From Octopus bimaculoides (taxonomy: Eukaryota): a stretch of DNA of 50,404 nucleotides. The notes under the pieces are model-generated. The model searched no databases, was not told the origin of the DNA, and was given only the letters and a program-made list of their open reading frames with translations. This document shows, piece after piece, positions 37,831 to 50,038 of this stretch (its first letter is position 1; each line of letters begins with the position of its first letter). Both the position numbers and the translations under genes were made by a program. The stretch covers positions 3,951,179 to 4,001,582 of the forward strand of contig NC_069000.1 in assembly GCF_001194135.2 (NCBI RefSeq), in the 5' to 3' direction.

Positions 37831-38044
37831 CGCTGAACGAAAATAACTCAACTGCAACAAGGCTCAATAAAAGGGGCCCGAATTATGAGCTGCAATTACA
37901 TACTTGAAGTCAGTGTTAACAGAAATTAAATCAACTTGCAAATACACGTTCACTTTACTAAATTTATATTCGGGCCAAGCCGGAACAGCCCGAGTGCTGG
38001 AGTCGCCACTGATACATACATACATACATACATACATACATGCA

Positions 38045-38095
<51 letters not shown>

Positions 38096-38543
38096 GAAGA
38101 GAGAGAAACAGAGTGAGACAGATAGACAGACAGAATGAGAGACACGAATAGCTATAGTGGTAACACTTCCAGTCAGAGAACATTAAAATTCCTGTCAGGA
38201 ACTTCGTGTTTAGTCGCTGCAAGTTTTAATATTTCATCACAGTAAAATTACTAATTGATTATGAGTTTATTAATGAAGCCTTTTGTTAAATGCGAAACAT
38301 TTTTTGTTTGATGACTTTCATATTAAGATCGTTATTACAAAATGTGCGAATGAGTTAACTATAAGCAGTAATATTGTAATGTTAAATGTGAAAATCAATG
38401 TTGACAGATAATTTAATTCAATAACATTTGAACACCTACGATTTCTGATTTATTTTATAATTGTCTCGAAAACATTTTTCACATTATGTCGTCAACTATT
38501 AACTATTATTGGTGGTAGTTTTAAAGAGAGATTTTTTAATATC

Positions 38544-38628
<85 letters not shown>
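38544..38628. repeat. (ATT)n microsatellite running into a gap
   Basis: Direct. Confidence 0.95.
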
Positions 38629-38760
38629 NNNNNNNNNNNNNNNNNNNNNNNNNNNNNNNNNNNNNNNNNNNNNNNNNNNNNNNNNNNNNNNNNNNNNNNN
38701 NNNNNNNNNNNNNNNNNNNNNNNNNNNNNNNNNNGGACGTATTTCATATATTTTCTACAT

Positions 38761-38897
38761 AGGCGCAAGGGTGGCAGCGCGGTAACAAACTTGCTTCTCA
38801 ACCACATAGATCCGGGTTCGGGCCTACTGCGTGGCACCTTGGTCAAGTGTTTTTTACTATAGCCGCAAGTTGATTAAAGCCTTATGAGTGGAAATTA

Positions 38898-38947
<50 letters not shown>

Positions 38948-39012
38948 CGTCTGTGCTTGTCCTCCTGCCATCGCTTGACAACCGATGTTGGTGTGTTTAC
39001 CTCCCCCGTAAT
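38761..39012 (+). mobile_element. SINE family B with internal (TA)n, 3' truncated
   Basis: aggcgcaagggtggc...ctgcgtggcaccttggtcaagtg...(TA)n...catcgcttgacaaccgatgttggtgtgtttac. Confidence 0.85.
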
Positions 39013-39744
39013 GACTGCAACAATTAAAAGAAAAGAATAATAGAATAATTAAAAAGACCCTAAATATGTTTTCTCCTCCTCCTCTTTCTCTTTTATTATG
39101 ACTTCAAATGCATTGCATTCACACGTAGGCTTTCAACATTTCAATGGCGTAGTTGGAATTTTGAAAAGATTGTATATTTTATAATTACTTGGGTTTTTCA
39201 TTTAAGAGAAGTTAATTTACTTTTAATTAATTTACTTTTAATCTAATTGAATTTCATTTAATTTCAATTCAATTTACTTTTAAAAGAATGTTAAATCAGA
39301 TTCCACCGATCTACAAATATCCAATAACGTAAATTTTTTTTATAAGGTTTTGTTTCAAACAAGGTTTGAGGTCGCCGTAGCGTAAGTGACTACAAAGACA
39401 CCAAAAGAAGGAAAGCAGGAACCTACAAATTAAAGAAAGAGAAAGTCGATTGACAGAAATCTTGAAAAGAATCTGATAAACCAGGGGGGAAAGTGAGACG
39501 GGAACATTGAATTGCAGAGAGTAGCAGTTTGACGAAAGATGCCATTAGATTTAAAGGACTCATTACTAAAGCGCATTTAAATGAGAACACGTTCGGCTTA
39601 ATAACATATACCGTGCTTTGCCTAAATGTTTTAGTTGTCTGTGATGGCTTGAGGAACGAAATGTAACGGCTGGAGTTTCCCAACTTTTGATCCGATGACA
39701 CGTACGCAGTGCGACAGCTGGGAGAAGAGAGAGCTACATTGATA

Positions 39745-39980
39745 CTAGAGAGGTACTTGATTGTAACTGAGTGCAGTGAAGCAACGTGAAATATAAGCCT
39801 TTCTGCATTAGGCACAAGGCCTGAATTTATATCGACCCCAGTGTTTCACTGGTAATTATTTCAACGACCCCGAAAGGCAACGTGAAATATAATGCCAACG
39901 AAGCACACAGACTAGGTATTGATCTCAAGAGAGTATGATCGAGAGCAGAACATTTAATCACTGGGCCACACCTTTTCACG
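39745..39980 (-). mobile_element. Old SINE family C interrupted by a SINE A fragment
   Basis: gagtgcagtgaagcaacgtgaaat...gatcgagagcagaacatttaatcactgggccacaccttttcac. Confidence 0.65.
39797..39876 (-). mobile_element. 5'-truncated SINE A insertion with a 16-bp target-site duplication
   Basis: GCAACGTGAAATATAA at both 39781-39796 and 39877-39892. Confidence 0.85.
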
Positions 39981-40085
39981 TATATTTATATACATACATA
40001 TATTTAATTATACACACACAAACACAGCTATGTATAATACTTTAATTAGAATGAATACGTAAAAACAGGCCGAAATACATTATAT

Positions 40086-40292
40086 ATCGGTTTCAAAATT
40101 TGGCTCAAAGCCAGCAAATTGTGGGTGGGGTCAGTTGATTACATTGACGCCAATATTGACCAGGTACTTATTTGCGACCCCTGAAAGGAGAAAGGGCGAA
40201 GTCGATGTCGACGGAATTCAAACCCAGGACGGAAGGAAGGACGAAATGCCGCTATACATTATTGCCCGGCGTCCTAACGATTTTGCTCTCCT
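40086..40292 (-). mobile_element. Old SINE family A
   Basis: aaatttggctcaaagccagc...aggtactta...gacggaattcaaacccag...gacgaaatgccgcta...taacgatt. Confidence 0.8.
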
Positions 40293-40303
40293 CCTTAAAT
40301 ATA

Positions 40304-40507
40304 TTGCTTTCAAATTTTGGCACAAGGCCAACAATTGAAGGGGGCTGGTTCAAGTCGATTACATGAGCACCAGGGCTCAGCTGATACTTATTTTATCGAC
40401 CCTGAGAGGATGATAGACAAAGTCGACCTCGTAGGTAATTGAACTCAGATTGCAAAGCCGGACGAAATGCCGCAACGTATTTTGCTCGGCGCTATCTCAC
40501 CGCCTTA
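40304..40507 (-). mobile_element. Old SINE family A, tandem with the previous copy
   Basis: ttttggcacaaggcc...gtcgattaca...tcgaccc...aaagtcgacctcg...ttgaactcag...ctcaccgcctt. Confidence 0.8.
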
Positions 40508-41021
40508 CTATATCGTTTCATAACAACGATTGGTCACGTGAGATAAGCTACGGTAATATCAACAACTAGATTTCGATTTCCGGTTGTTAGATACGAAGAT
40601 TACATTTGAATCCAAAATATTAACAGGAACTGTCAAGACAAACTCTGATTAAATTATTCGCGTTGGTAGTTTTTATGTTTAACCAGATTACACAAAAGAA
40701 AGTTGTGATAAAGTTGATGTTTTACAAACTGAACTTCGTATTTTTGAATAAGTTTGAATGCTGTGGGGCAGAATACTAAAATTTGGCGAGTTTGGCGATT
40801 GAAGCTTCTCCTCATAGACATTCGTATTTTCTCTACCTTCGATGTGACTTACCTACTGTATTATAATTGGTGGTTGTGTTGCTGTTGTTTCGCCGCAAGT
40901 GACTTTGTGTCTCCAACCAGCAGCCATAAGACCAAGTCTGCTCCAGCTATGACCTTTCAAGTTGAATGTAGAATAATAGTAGCCACAATAACAGCATCAG
41001 CAATACTACTACTACTACGAC

Positions 41022-41092
<71 letters not shown>

Positions 41093-41100
41093 GTAATAAT
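41022..41100. repeat. (AAT)n microsatellite
   Basis: Direct. Confidence 0.95.
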
Positions 41101-41777
41101 AGCAAGAGCAACAACACTGCGAGCAAGAATATATTGCATTAAAAGATGTTTATTTACCGTTATCTACAAAATTATTCAAATGATGATATTTACCCTGGAA
41201 AGACGGCACGAACAGACAGACAAGTCAAAACAAATTGTCATAGGCAATTCAGCAGACATTATATATGTGTATATNNNNNNNNNNNNNNNNNNNNNNNNNN
41301 NNNNNNNNNNNNNNNNNNNNNNNNNNNNNNNNNNNNNNNNNNNNNNNNNNNNNNNNNNNNNNNNNNNNNNNNNNNNNNNNNNNNNNNNNNNNNNNNNNNN
41401 NNNNNNNNNNNNNNNNNNNNNNNNNNNNNNNNNNNNNNNNNNNNNNNNNNNNNNNNNNNNNNNNNNNNNNNNNNNNNNNNNNNNNNNNNNNNNNNNNNNN
41501 NNNNNNNNNNNNNNNNNNNNNNNNNNNNNNNNNNNNNNNNNNNNNNNNNNNNNNNNNNNNNNNNNNNNNNNNNNNNNNNNNNNNNNNNNNNNNNNNNNNN
41601 NNNNNNNNNNNNNNNNNNNNNNNNNNNNNNNNNNNNNNNNNNNNNNNNNNNNNNNNNNNNNNNNNNNNNNNNNNNNNNNNNNNNNNNNNNNNNNNNNNNN
41701 NNNNNNNNNNNNNNNNNNNNNNNNNNNNNNNNNNNNNNNNNNNNNNNNNNNNNNNNNNNNNNNNNNNNNNNNNNATA

Positions 41778-41809
<32 letters not shown>

Positions 41810-42555
41810 GATATGCTCACACAAATTTTCGTATGTGTGTATTTAGACCCTGTATATTAATATAATGACTGATGTTACCACCATTATAAAATATCATAGA
41901 TGTACAGTGTATTTATTAAAAAAAAAAAAACAAATAGAAATTATTGTCAATATTTTCAATAGAATAGGGAGAAGAAGAAGAAAGGAACATATAATATTTT
42001 ATATATTTCTTCATTTGTCTTTTCAAATTTAATCTTTATCATGTTAACCTTTAATAACCTAAGCAAAGTTCATGTTAACAGCGCCGACATTGTAATTGTG
42101 ATTAATAGGAGCCACAATAAGAATACCTCCACCACCAACAACATCAGTAACAATATGATGTATTGTAAGTTCTTAGTATAATTTGTGTGACAATAGGAAT
42201 CTCTGTGATTTGTATATAAGAGAAAAAAAGACCTGTTATTTTAGATAATGCTATTAAACACGTCGACGGCGATATTGTGGCCTTTCGAGGGTTTCTTTCT
42301 GTATTTTTTTTTTTTTGCCTTTCGTGTTTTTATACAAACATACACACAAACACACAGACACACACATACAATACATATATATAGATAGCTGGTTATATTT
42401 ATCATGTATGTCTGTCTGTGCGTCAATGTACGAATCGTTGTAGGAATAATTGTCTATGCTTATATATGTGCGTGTATAAGGGCGAACTTTTACATGTGTA
42501 TACATACACCTCTTCCCACCTAACCACCTCCACACACATATATATATATACAACG

Positions 42556-42843
42556 TCGCGAAGTATATGTGCCACTTAAATGTGGCATGTAGCTAACCCT
42601 TAAGAGTTGATGCTACTGTAGCTTGTAGCCCCAGGAAAACATCTCCTCCAGTTGGCTATTGACACACTAGCTGTGCCCTATCAGTATTTTCGATTGAAAC
42701 GATGACTTCCCTTTGCAAATACTGATAGGGCACAGATAATGTGTCAATAGCCAACTGGAGGAGATGTTTTCTTGGGGCTACAAGCTGCAGTAGCATCGAC
42801 CTTTAAGGGTTAGCCACATTTAGGTGGCAAATATACTTCACGA
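42556..42843. mobile_element. Foldback / MITE-like element with ~130-bp inverted arms and a 27-nt spacer
   Basis: Left arm 42556-42689 is complementary to right arm 42717-42843 with about 10 non-Watson-Crick positions and one 6-nt bulge; embedded in (TA)n. Confidence 0.85.
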
Positions 42844-42857
42844 TATATATATATATA

Positions 42858-42963
<106 letters not shown>

Positions 42964-44677
42964 ATTTAGGAATCGTGCTCGAGCGTTTCAAGATCTTCCA
43001 TTCTTAAAGAAGTCACTCATTTAGACTATCCTAACATCTGATTTTTTTATTACCCATGCGGGCTAACATAGAGGGGAGACTATCCTAACATCGATATAGA
43101 AGGCTTCAGCTAAAGGAGAAATTTTAAAGAAAACGAATAGTTAATATTTTCAGATTCTGGCGGATTCCATTATATTTTGGGGATTTCAGAATCACTGGAA
43201 TAAACACTATTTATAATTCTATTTTCTGATTCGTTGGCTAAGAGTTCAAGAATGAGGCGGATTTATACTGTCAGAAAATATATTGCTGCTAAAGAAATAG
43301 TGTTTGAATGGTGTATATATATTTTACCTGAAGGATTATATTAATATTAACTAGTGTTCTTGTAATAAATCATAAAATTTTAATTATTCCATAATTTTAA
43401 AATTAGAGATTGCGATACAATTATGATAAAATCGCTTTTAACGAAATTCCCACAAGCATCTGTGCATTCGCCTGCAGAAGGATACAGGGACAATTATGGA
43501 TCAAAACATGGGGCTTAATGAACATTTTAAATTACATTAATATAAGACACAAAATGATTCAACGACAATTAAGATGAATCGCAATTCAATTAATATCTGC
43601 TAAAAAAATTATAAATATTAAAAATAATAAATATTTGAAGAATAATATAAATTGACTGAAAATGTTTTAATAATGAAAGTAATTTAGGGATACAACTAAA
43701 ATAACATAATGTTTTATAATATAGATATTATGAAAAGGGAGAATTGATTATTGATTATTTCAGACAAGGTTTAATATGGTGTTGAAGAGATTCATACCTT
43801 ATTCAAGATCATCATTCAGCTATTCGAGAACATCATCGAATACAGATTTATATTTAACCAGTTTCTCTTCTTATCAAATACTGGAATAAAGATGTTCCCT
43901 CGGAATTCCTTTTCAACTCGTATTCTATGGTACATAATATTTCCATAACGTCATCTGTACAAAGACTACAGTACATGTTCCATATATGACTTTGTCCTCG
44001 CTATAGTATTCCCTGCCAAATCTTAATAAATATGACAATCCTTCTATTGCCTAAATATTCTAGATACTCATATAATGAATCTTCCAGATGGGTTTCTATT
44101 CGAATGAATATCCTGGTTGTAACAAGTCTTAAAATAACCAGCAGTTAGACTTATATCTTCTTTAACAGAATATGAAACAGCAAAACATTTATACAGTATT
44201 TTATTAATTACCTTACTTAAACAATTACATTTTAAAGAAACAATTACAGAGTTTAAGACGCTATTTTATATTTTACTCCGAACGCAATTTCGACCGCTAC
44301 TTATATCCCGTTCGTGTGTGTTATTGATTTATTAAATATGCCTTGCATATATTTTGATATTCACGATTAGTTTGATTTACGCTTCCTGCTTTTGTTACAT
44401 ACTTCGGAAATATATTATTTTTGTTGTTCTGTTTCAATCCCGAACTTCATTTACCCCCACCTTTATATGATGTCTAATATAATTATGTGTCGGCCACATG
44501 ACCTTGGTTTGTTTTTGGCTATGCATTCAACTATACATCTGGGACACATGAGAGGGGTTGCTTTTATTCGCTAAAACTTCTCCGCGCAGAAACACACACA
44601 CACTCACGCTTTTGATTTAACAATGTGTAATGTATCTATGTATCTACTTCTCTTGTGATGAACGCCGTCACCACTCA

Positions 44678-44708
<31 letters not shown>

Positions 44709-44801
44709 TCTTTTCCTCTCACTCTCTCACTTTCTCTCTCACTTTGCCATTTCCTCGAAGTGTGACGCACACAAGAGGTACATACAAAGACAGAAAGCGT
44801 A

Positions 44802-44975
44802 TTAGTATTATTGATGATAATAATTATTATTGCTGTTCTTGCTATTATTATTATTATTGTTGTGGTTATTATTGTTGCTATTATTATTATTATTATCGTT
44901 ATTATTATTATCATTATTGTTATTATTATTATTATTATTATTGTTGTTGTTATCATTATTATCATTATTATTATC
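44802..44975. repeat. (TAT)/(TGT)/(CAT) trinucleotide mosaic
   Basis: Direct; lies at the 3' end of the RTE fragment. Confidence 0.9.
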
Positions 44976-45002
44976 TATCCTTCTATCTAGTTTCCCAGCT
45001 CA

Positions 45003-45215
45003 CTATCCCCGGGAGGTTTGTGGATGTAGAGTCTTCAGACACATGCGCCACACGGTCCTATCAGAAATCAGAGGCAGCGTCATTAGATGTTCCGGTTCCG
45101 GTTGAATTCCGAAGCGTGACCACATGAAACTATGCATATTTATCGAACAATCTCGTTCTTGGTCTACCCCTTAGTCTCCAACAGGTTGGCTCCGCTTGAA
45201 AAATCTACCTTATCT
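45003..45215 (-). mobile_element. RTE-clade LINE ORF C-terminal fragment
   Basis: Minus strand PTCWRLRGRPRTRL then a frameshift then HSFMWSRFGIQPEPEHLMTLPLISDRTVWRMCLKTLHPQTSRG*; RGRP--RW and DR--WR are the RTE C-terminal motifs. Confidence 0.75.
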
Positions 45216-45757
45216 TATTAAACTGAATTACTTAATATTAACATAACTGCTGTCATGGTGTTATTTCGTACTTCCGCTCTACAGCTTTACGACCTAAATG
45301 AAAACCAAATTTGCCACGCATTTCATGCAGTAAAATTATTATTATTAATATTATTATTATCATTATTATTGTTGTTGTTGTTGTTACATGTTTTGGTGGG
45401 GGAAATTAATTGAATTGCGATTTATCTTAATTGCATCTAAATCTCAAATCTCATTTTTTTTCTGTATTCAACATTAATGTAATTTTAAATACTTCGTTAA
45501 ACACAGTATTCTGATCCGTCCTAATCTTTCTCTCTAACCTTTCTCGTTAAAATACATCGATTCTTGTGGGAATTTTATTTATTTATTCATTGTGAATAGC
45601 GATTTCACCGTAATTGTTTCTAAATCTCTAAATTTTTTTTAAACTAAACTAAACTAAACAAAATTTTAATACTTGGTATAATACCGCATTACAAAACAAT
45701 ATTATTATAATTCTTTAAGGTAAAATACTCACACAATATTATTCTCAAACATTTGCA

Positions 45758-45830
45758 AAGGTCAGCAATATCAGCGGAGAGGTTTAAATCGATTACATCG
45801 ATCCCAATATTCATCTGGTACTCAATTGGA
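45758..45830 (-). mobile_element. SINE family A 3' fragment
   Basis: aatcgattacatcgatcccaatattcatctggtactc. Confidence 0.55.
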
Positions 45831-45856
45831 AATATTCAGAGGATGATAAAACATGA

Positions 45857-45940
45857 GAAGACGCCTGGACTAATGGTGAGAGTGTTACCCTTGCGAATAC
45901 ATGATCGAGGTTTCGAGTCGTAAACCAGGCAGTATGCTTT
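45857..45940 (+). mobile_element. tRNA-derived SINE head (C-like)
   Basis: A box-like tggactaatgg and B box-like ggtttcgagtc at tRNA spacing. Confidence 0.5.
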
Positions 45941-46875
45941 GTTTTTTTTTTAGTATAACACTTCATTACCGTTGCCGCTGTCCACTCACCTGTTGAATGG
46001 CCACTCTACAACAAACTGGCGTTTGTACATACATACATATATATATACAGAGAGAGAGAAAGAGGTAGAGATAGAAACAGAGGGACATATAAACACACGC
46101 ATATATATATATAGATAGATGGATAGATAGATATACATATATACATGTGTAATTTGTGATGTGCGTACAAATATATAATCTCTCTATCTCTTTTATTACT
46201 CCACTCCTCACATTCATAACCCCTCTAATACTCCCTCACCCTCTATTCCAACACAACCCTCCTTCCCTTACTCACTATCACACCCTTCTCTCTCTCTTTC
46301 ACTCTATTTTACTCTCTCTCTCTCTCTCTCTCTTTCACTCCCTTGCTTTTTCTCCCATGCCCACACTTAAACAGTATCCTCCTCACTTCTTGAACTCAGA
46401 TAGTCACTTTCCCCCTCTTTTCCCTGTCAGCTTCTCCCTATGGGGGTGCCGAAAGCCGAAATGTTCAGCTTGCCGTTCCTTATAACATTCCACGCTAACC
46501 AGAAATATGAACTGCTTTCGACGCATGTCCCACCATGCCGTGACGAACCCTGTCAAAAGGTTGTCATCTTAACCTTTTGACACCGCTCCTCCGTCTAACC
46601 ACAAAATCTCTCCAACTTCCTCACTTCCACTTACTTTCTATTCTAACCCCCCTTCCCCACACACACACTCATTCTTTTTTTCTTCATTCCACCAAAATAT
46701 TCTTCCTACTCACAAAGATTCCTCAAGTTTCTGTGTGTCTGTGTGTATAACTGCGATGTGTATAATTATGTATATATGTGTAATTTGTGTACATATATAT
46801 ATACACACACACACTCATGAGATTATCGGGTCTGATTTTATCTGTCCTCTGTAGCATCCTTCTACACATACATAA

Positions 46876-46906
<31 letters not shown>

Positions 46907-47007
46907 CACATACACACACACTCACATACAGACACACACTCATTCTTATTTTGGTTTCTACAATATCTTTCCTTCTCGCTCTTGCCTCTTTCATTAGACA
47001 TCTTTCT

Positions 47008-47081
<74 letters not shown>
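47008..47081. repeat. (TAC)n microsatellite abutting a SINE A 5' end
   Basis: Direct. Confidence 0.95.
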
Positions 47082-47082
<1 letters not shown>

Positions 47083-47485
47083 AGGCGGTGAGCTGGCAGA
47101 AACGTTAGCGTACTGGGCAAAATGCTTAACGGTATTTCGTTTGTCACTGCGTTCTGAGTTCAAATTCCGCCGAGGTCGACTTCGCCTTTCATCCTGTCGG
47201 GGTCGATAAATTAAGTACCAGTTACGCACTGGGGTCGATATAATCGACTTAATCCGTTTGTATGTCCTTGTTTGTCCCCTCTGTGTGTAGCCCCCTTGTG
47301 GGCAGTAAAGAAATAGGTATTTCGCCCGTTGCTACGTTCTGGGTTAAAATTCTGTCGAATTCAATTTTGCCTTTCATCGTTTCGGGGTCGATGAAATAAG
47401 TACCAGTTACGCAATGGGGTCCTATGTAATCTACTATCCCCCTCCTCCAAATTTCAGGCCTTTTTACGAATAGTAGAAACGATCA
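47082..47485 (+). mobile_element. SINE A dimer with a more 5'-truncated second unit
   Basis: Unit 1 47082-47315 with long tail; unit 2 starts at ggtatttcg (47316) and ends in the short tail. Confidence 0.9.
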
Positions 47486-47722
47486 TTATTATTATCATTA
47501 TTGAAGGCATCGCACATTATCCAATATTGTGATGTTGTGCATTGAAGACATTGTGTCTACCGGGAGTTTGCACTGTCTGTTAAGTCACAGCAAGGACCTC
47601 AGACAGTCAGTACTTTACGCAATATGCGTGCAGTTCCAAATAAACCGAATTTTGCAATACACCAATATGGTAGGGTATTTCTAAAGTTTCCAGATGTTTC
47701 TTCAGATTTGGTGGTATCACCT
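47484..47722 (-). mobile_element. R4/Dong-like (restriction-like endonuclease) LINE 3' end with (TAA)n-like tail
   Basis: Minus strand VIPPNLKKHLETLEIPYHIGVLQNS then a 1-nt deletion then LFGTARILRKVLTV* (stop at 47599-601); matches the LQKSALLGTARILRKVL C-terminal motif of RLE-type LINEs. Confidence 0.75.
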
Positions 47723-48015
47723 TACATGTGGGGCCCAGTCAGAATTTTCTTCGTGTCGAGTAGCCCATCCTACTCAAAAGGTCCCTGAATAAGTGTTGCT
47801 TAAGGTAAATGAATAAAACGCCCATATTTCCAGAGGTGAATTATCCAAACCCCAAAGAATTCCTCTCAACACATGGCTATGATGCTCCCTCACTACTTCT
47901 GCTCGTAATCAGAGATGCACATATCGTCAGCCACCAAGGGACATGCTTAACTGGTTAAAATCAAGTAACTGGCAAGCAAATCCCTGGCATTGAGCAGAAA
48001 ATTTGGAGTAACCCA
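47723..48015 (-). mobile_element. Unclassified repeat fused 5' of the R4/Dong-like end
   Basis: GC-richer non-coding block joined without spacer at ...atgtaaggtgatacc (minus strand); I recall it as a common octopus repeat but could not verify. Confidence 0.35.
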
Positions 48016-48024
48016 TTTATTATT

Positions 48025-48245
48025 AAGGCGGGATGTTGGCAAAATCGTTAAAACAGCAGAGAAAATATTTAGCGGCATTTCGTCCGTCTTTATCATCTGA
48101 GTTCGAAAACCGCCGAGGTCGATTTTATCTTTCATCTTTTCGTGGTCGTTAAAACAAGTAGTAGTTGAGTTACTTTGAGTCAATGTAATGCACAAACTGT
48201 CCTATCGAAATTTCAGTCCTTGGGCCTAAAGTAGAAAGTACTATA
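48025..48245 (+). mobile_element. Old SINE family A
   Basis: aaggcgggatgttggcaaaatcgtta...tttagcggcatttcgtccg...ctgagttcgaaaaccgccgaggtcga. Confidence 0.8.
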
Positions 48246-49229
48246 ATTAGTATTACATTTTTATTTTATTTGAACATTCCTAGACTTATTGAGCGACGAT
48301 GAAATTATAAGAGAAAACAGAAATTTAATATCCGGAAATTGTGAAAGTAGATAATTAAATAAATTTTAAAAGAATAGAGCAACCAAAAAATGAAATCCAG
48401 GAAATAAAAAAGAAAATAGGAAGAAAAATCATTTAACTGTCTGATAACAAAAAGAAACGTACAAGAAAATACAGTAATCTGTGTATTGTGTGTGGATATA
48501 TGTATGCGAGGACGTGTGTGTATGTTTGTGTGCGTATGTGTGTGTAAACAGAATTAATTCCAAAATGGAACAGATTACAAGTTCTTCGATGTATGTTCAG
48601 TGAGGAAGTGGGTCTTTGGAGTTGGTTCGCGATAAAGAGATTCTAGTAATTGGTGTGGCATTTAATTATTCAAGAGGGATGCTTGTGATAAATTGATCGT
48701 TTTAAGCTGCACACGTGTCACAGATTATTAACCAATATAGATTCGGTTGATCCTGAAAGAAAATATCGATAAAGGTAGAAGACAATCTCATGACTTAGTA
48801 GACACACTGCCAAGCAATATGAAGGGGCCAGATAAATTCGTTCGGTTTATTTCATTTTATTTTAACCCTTTCCAATTTTATCTTTAAAGAATTATTATTA
48901 GCGACGGAAGTCGTATTCATACAAAACGGCGATCTTTATATCCAACTTAACGCGGATGATTTGTGAGAACGCCGAATACTTGACTTTGAGACATCCTTTC
49001 ATATAGACGCAAGGTGCTTAAAGGCACACATGTCGTAGCAGATGCGAATCCTTTTTTACTGCCACTGGAGTTCTCAGATCACGTGATTTCAGTCTACTGG
49101 TCGTCTTCGGTGGCAGGCGTCCGGTGACTGAATATCAGTTAAATCACGCCGTCACGATATTTAAAATCATGTTTCTGTGATCTTTATTTACGCATAATTA
49201 ACGGGAAATCTAAATTTGTTATCAGGACA

Positions 49230-49325
49230 AAGGGGTTGTTTCGCAATCACGTGGTACTTCTTTCGATCCCAATTTGTTGCACCTTAGGAGGCAAGGCTTG
49301 CCGTCCGCTGTAGCCTCAGTTAAAG
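49230..49325 (+). mobile_element. Very degenerate SINE family B head
   Basis: ttcgcaatcacgtggt...tcgatccc...gcacctt...ggcaag...ctgtagcctc. Confidence 0.4.
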
Positions 49326-49469
49326 TCATATTTATTCCATGAGAGAGAAAATTTCAAATATTGGACACTCATATTGCTAGAAACAATAACTAATTTTCCC
49401 CACCCCCAAATTTCGTATTGCCATATAAAACAAACCGTTTTCCTTTATTATTGTATTCTAATGTAACAG

Positions 49470-49660
49470 ATTATTCAAATGGGTATTGTACTTATAACCT
49501 GATATTCTTATGGAATCAGTGTGAAACTGTACCAGATGAAGAGACAATCCTTTGTATTAGAGAAAGAGTTCATTTTGTATTACCGAAAATGATCGATCGT
49601 ATAACAGGTACAGCTCACATTGAATTACAGCGCAAATGCTTCAGCACTCTATACACAATT
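49470..49660 (+). CDS. Candidate internal coding exon (phase 1 to 0) of an unidentified Cys-containing protein
   Basis: Pyrimidine-rich acceptor tttcctttattattgtattctaatgtaacAG; donor ATT|GTAAGT; 191 nt open (DYSNGYCTYNLIFLWNQCETVPDEETILCIRERVHFVLPKMIDRITGTAHIELQRKCFSTLYTI); in-frame stop 4 codons into the intron. Confidence 0.5.
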
Positions 49661-50013
49661 GTAAGTATAATATAATCTGCGGACAAAGTTGAACACTGGA
49701 TATCTGAACTATAGTTATGTTCGACACTTTTCAACATCTCGACAACACTATTTAAATCACGCGGCTTTGATCTATATGGAAAACACCATAGAATACACTT
49801 AATGACCATAAATAATGCACGGTGGGAACATATTTGGGTCACATAATTGTGAAACAAATGTCTGAAGCATTCGCCCAACGAAATAAAAAAAGAACAACAC
49901 ACATACACGCATGCATACATATGTATAGGTGTGTGTATGCGTGTATGTGTTTGTGTAAGGGCTTTCTGCATGTGTCTGAGAGGACGTACAATAATTGATT
50001 TCTGTATATTTAG

Positions 50014-50038
50014 AGAAAGAAATCTCAAGGGAAATCAT
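50014..50038 (+). CDS. Candidate 25-nt exon (phase 0 to 1) following 49470-49660
   Basis: tgatttctgtatatttAG acceptor, CAT|GTAAGA donor, phase-compatible; encodes RKKSQGKS. Confidence 0.3.

Noticed and set aside
39423-39815. 130-aa minus-strand ORF
   Set aside because: Starts inside SINE sequence; the remainder has no recognisable domain or convincing splice sites
40754-41275. ORF with an apparent transmembrane poly-Ile segment
   Set aside because: Poly-Ile derives from (AAT)n and the ORF ends in a gap
39300-42164. Extra phase-compatible exon candidates 39300-39381 and 42082-42164
   Set aside because: Low-complexity content; joining 42164 to 48552 creates a TAA stop; too many free choices to count as evidence
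48819-49180. TATGAAGGGGCCAGATAAA mariner TIR-like start and GGRRPVT resembling RSGRP
   Set aside because: Only short motif resemblance; no matching right TIR seen
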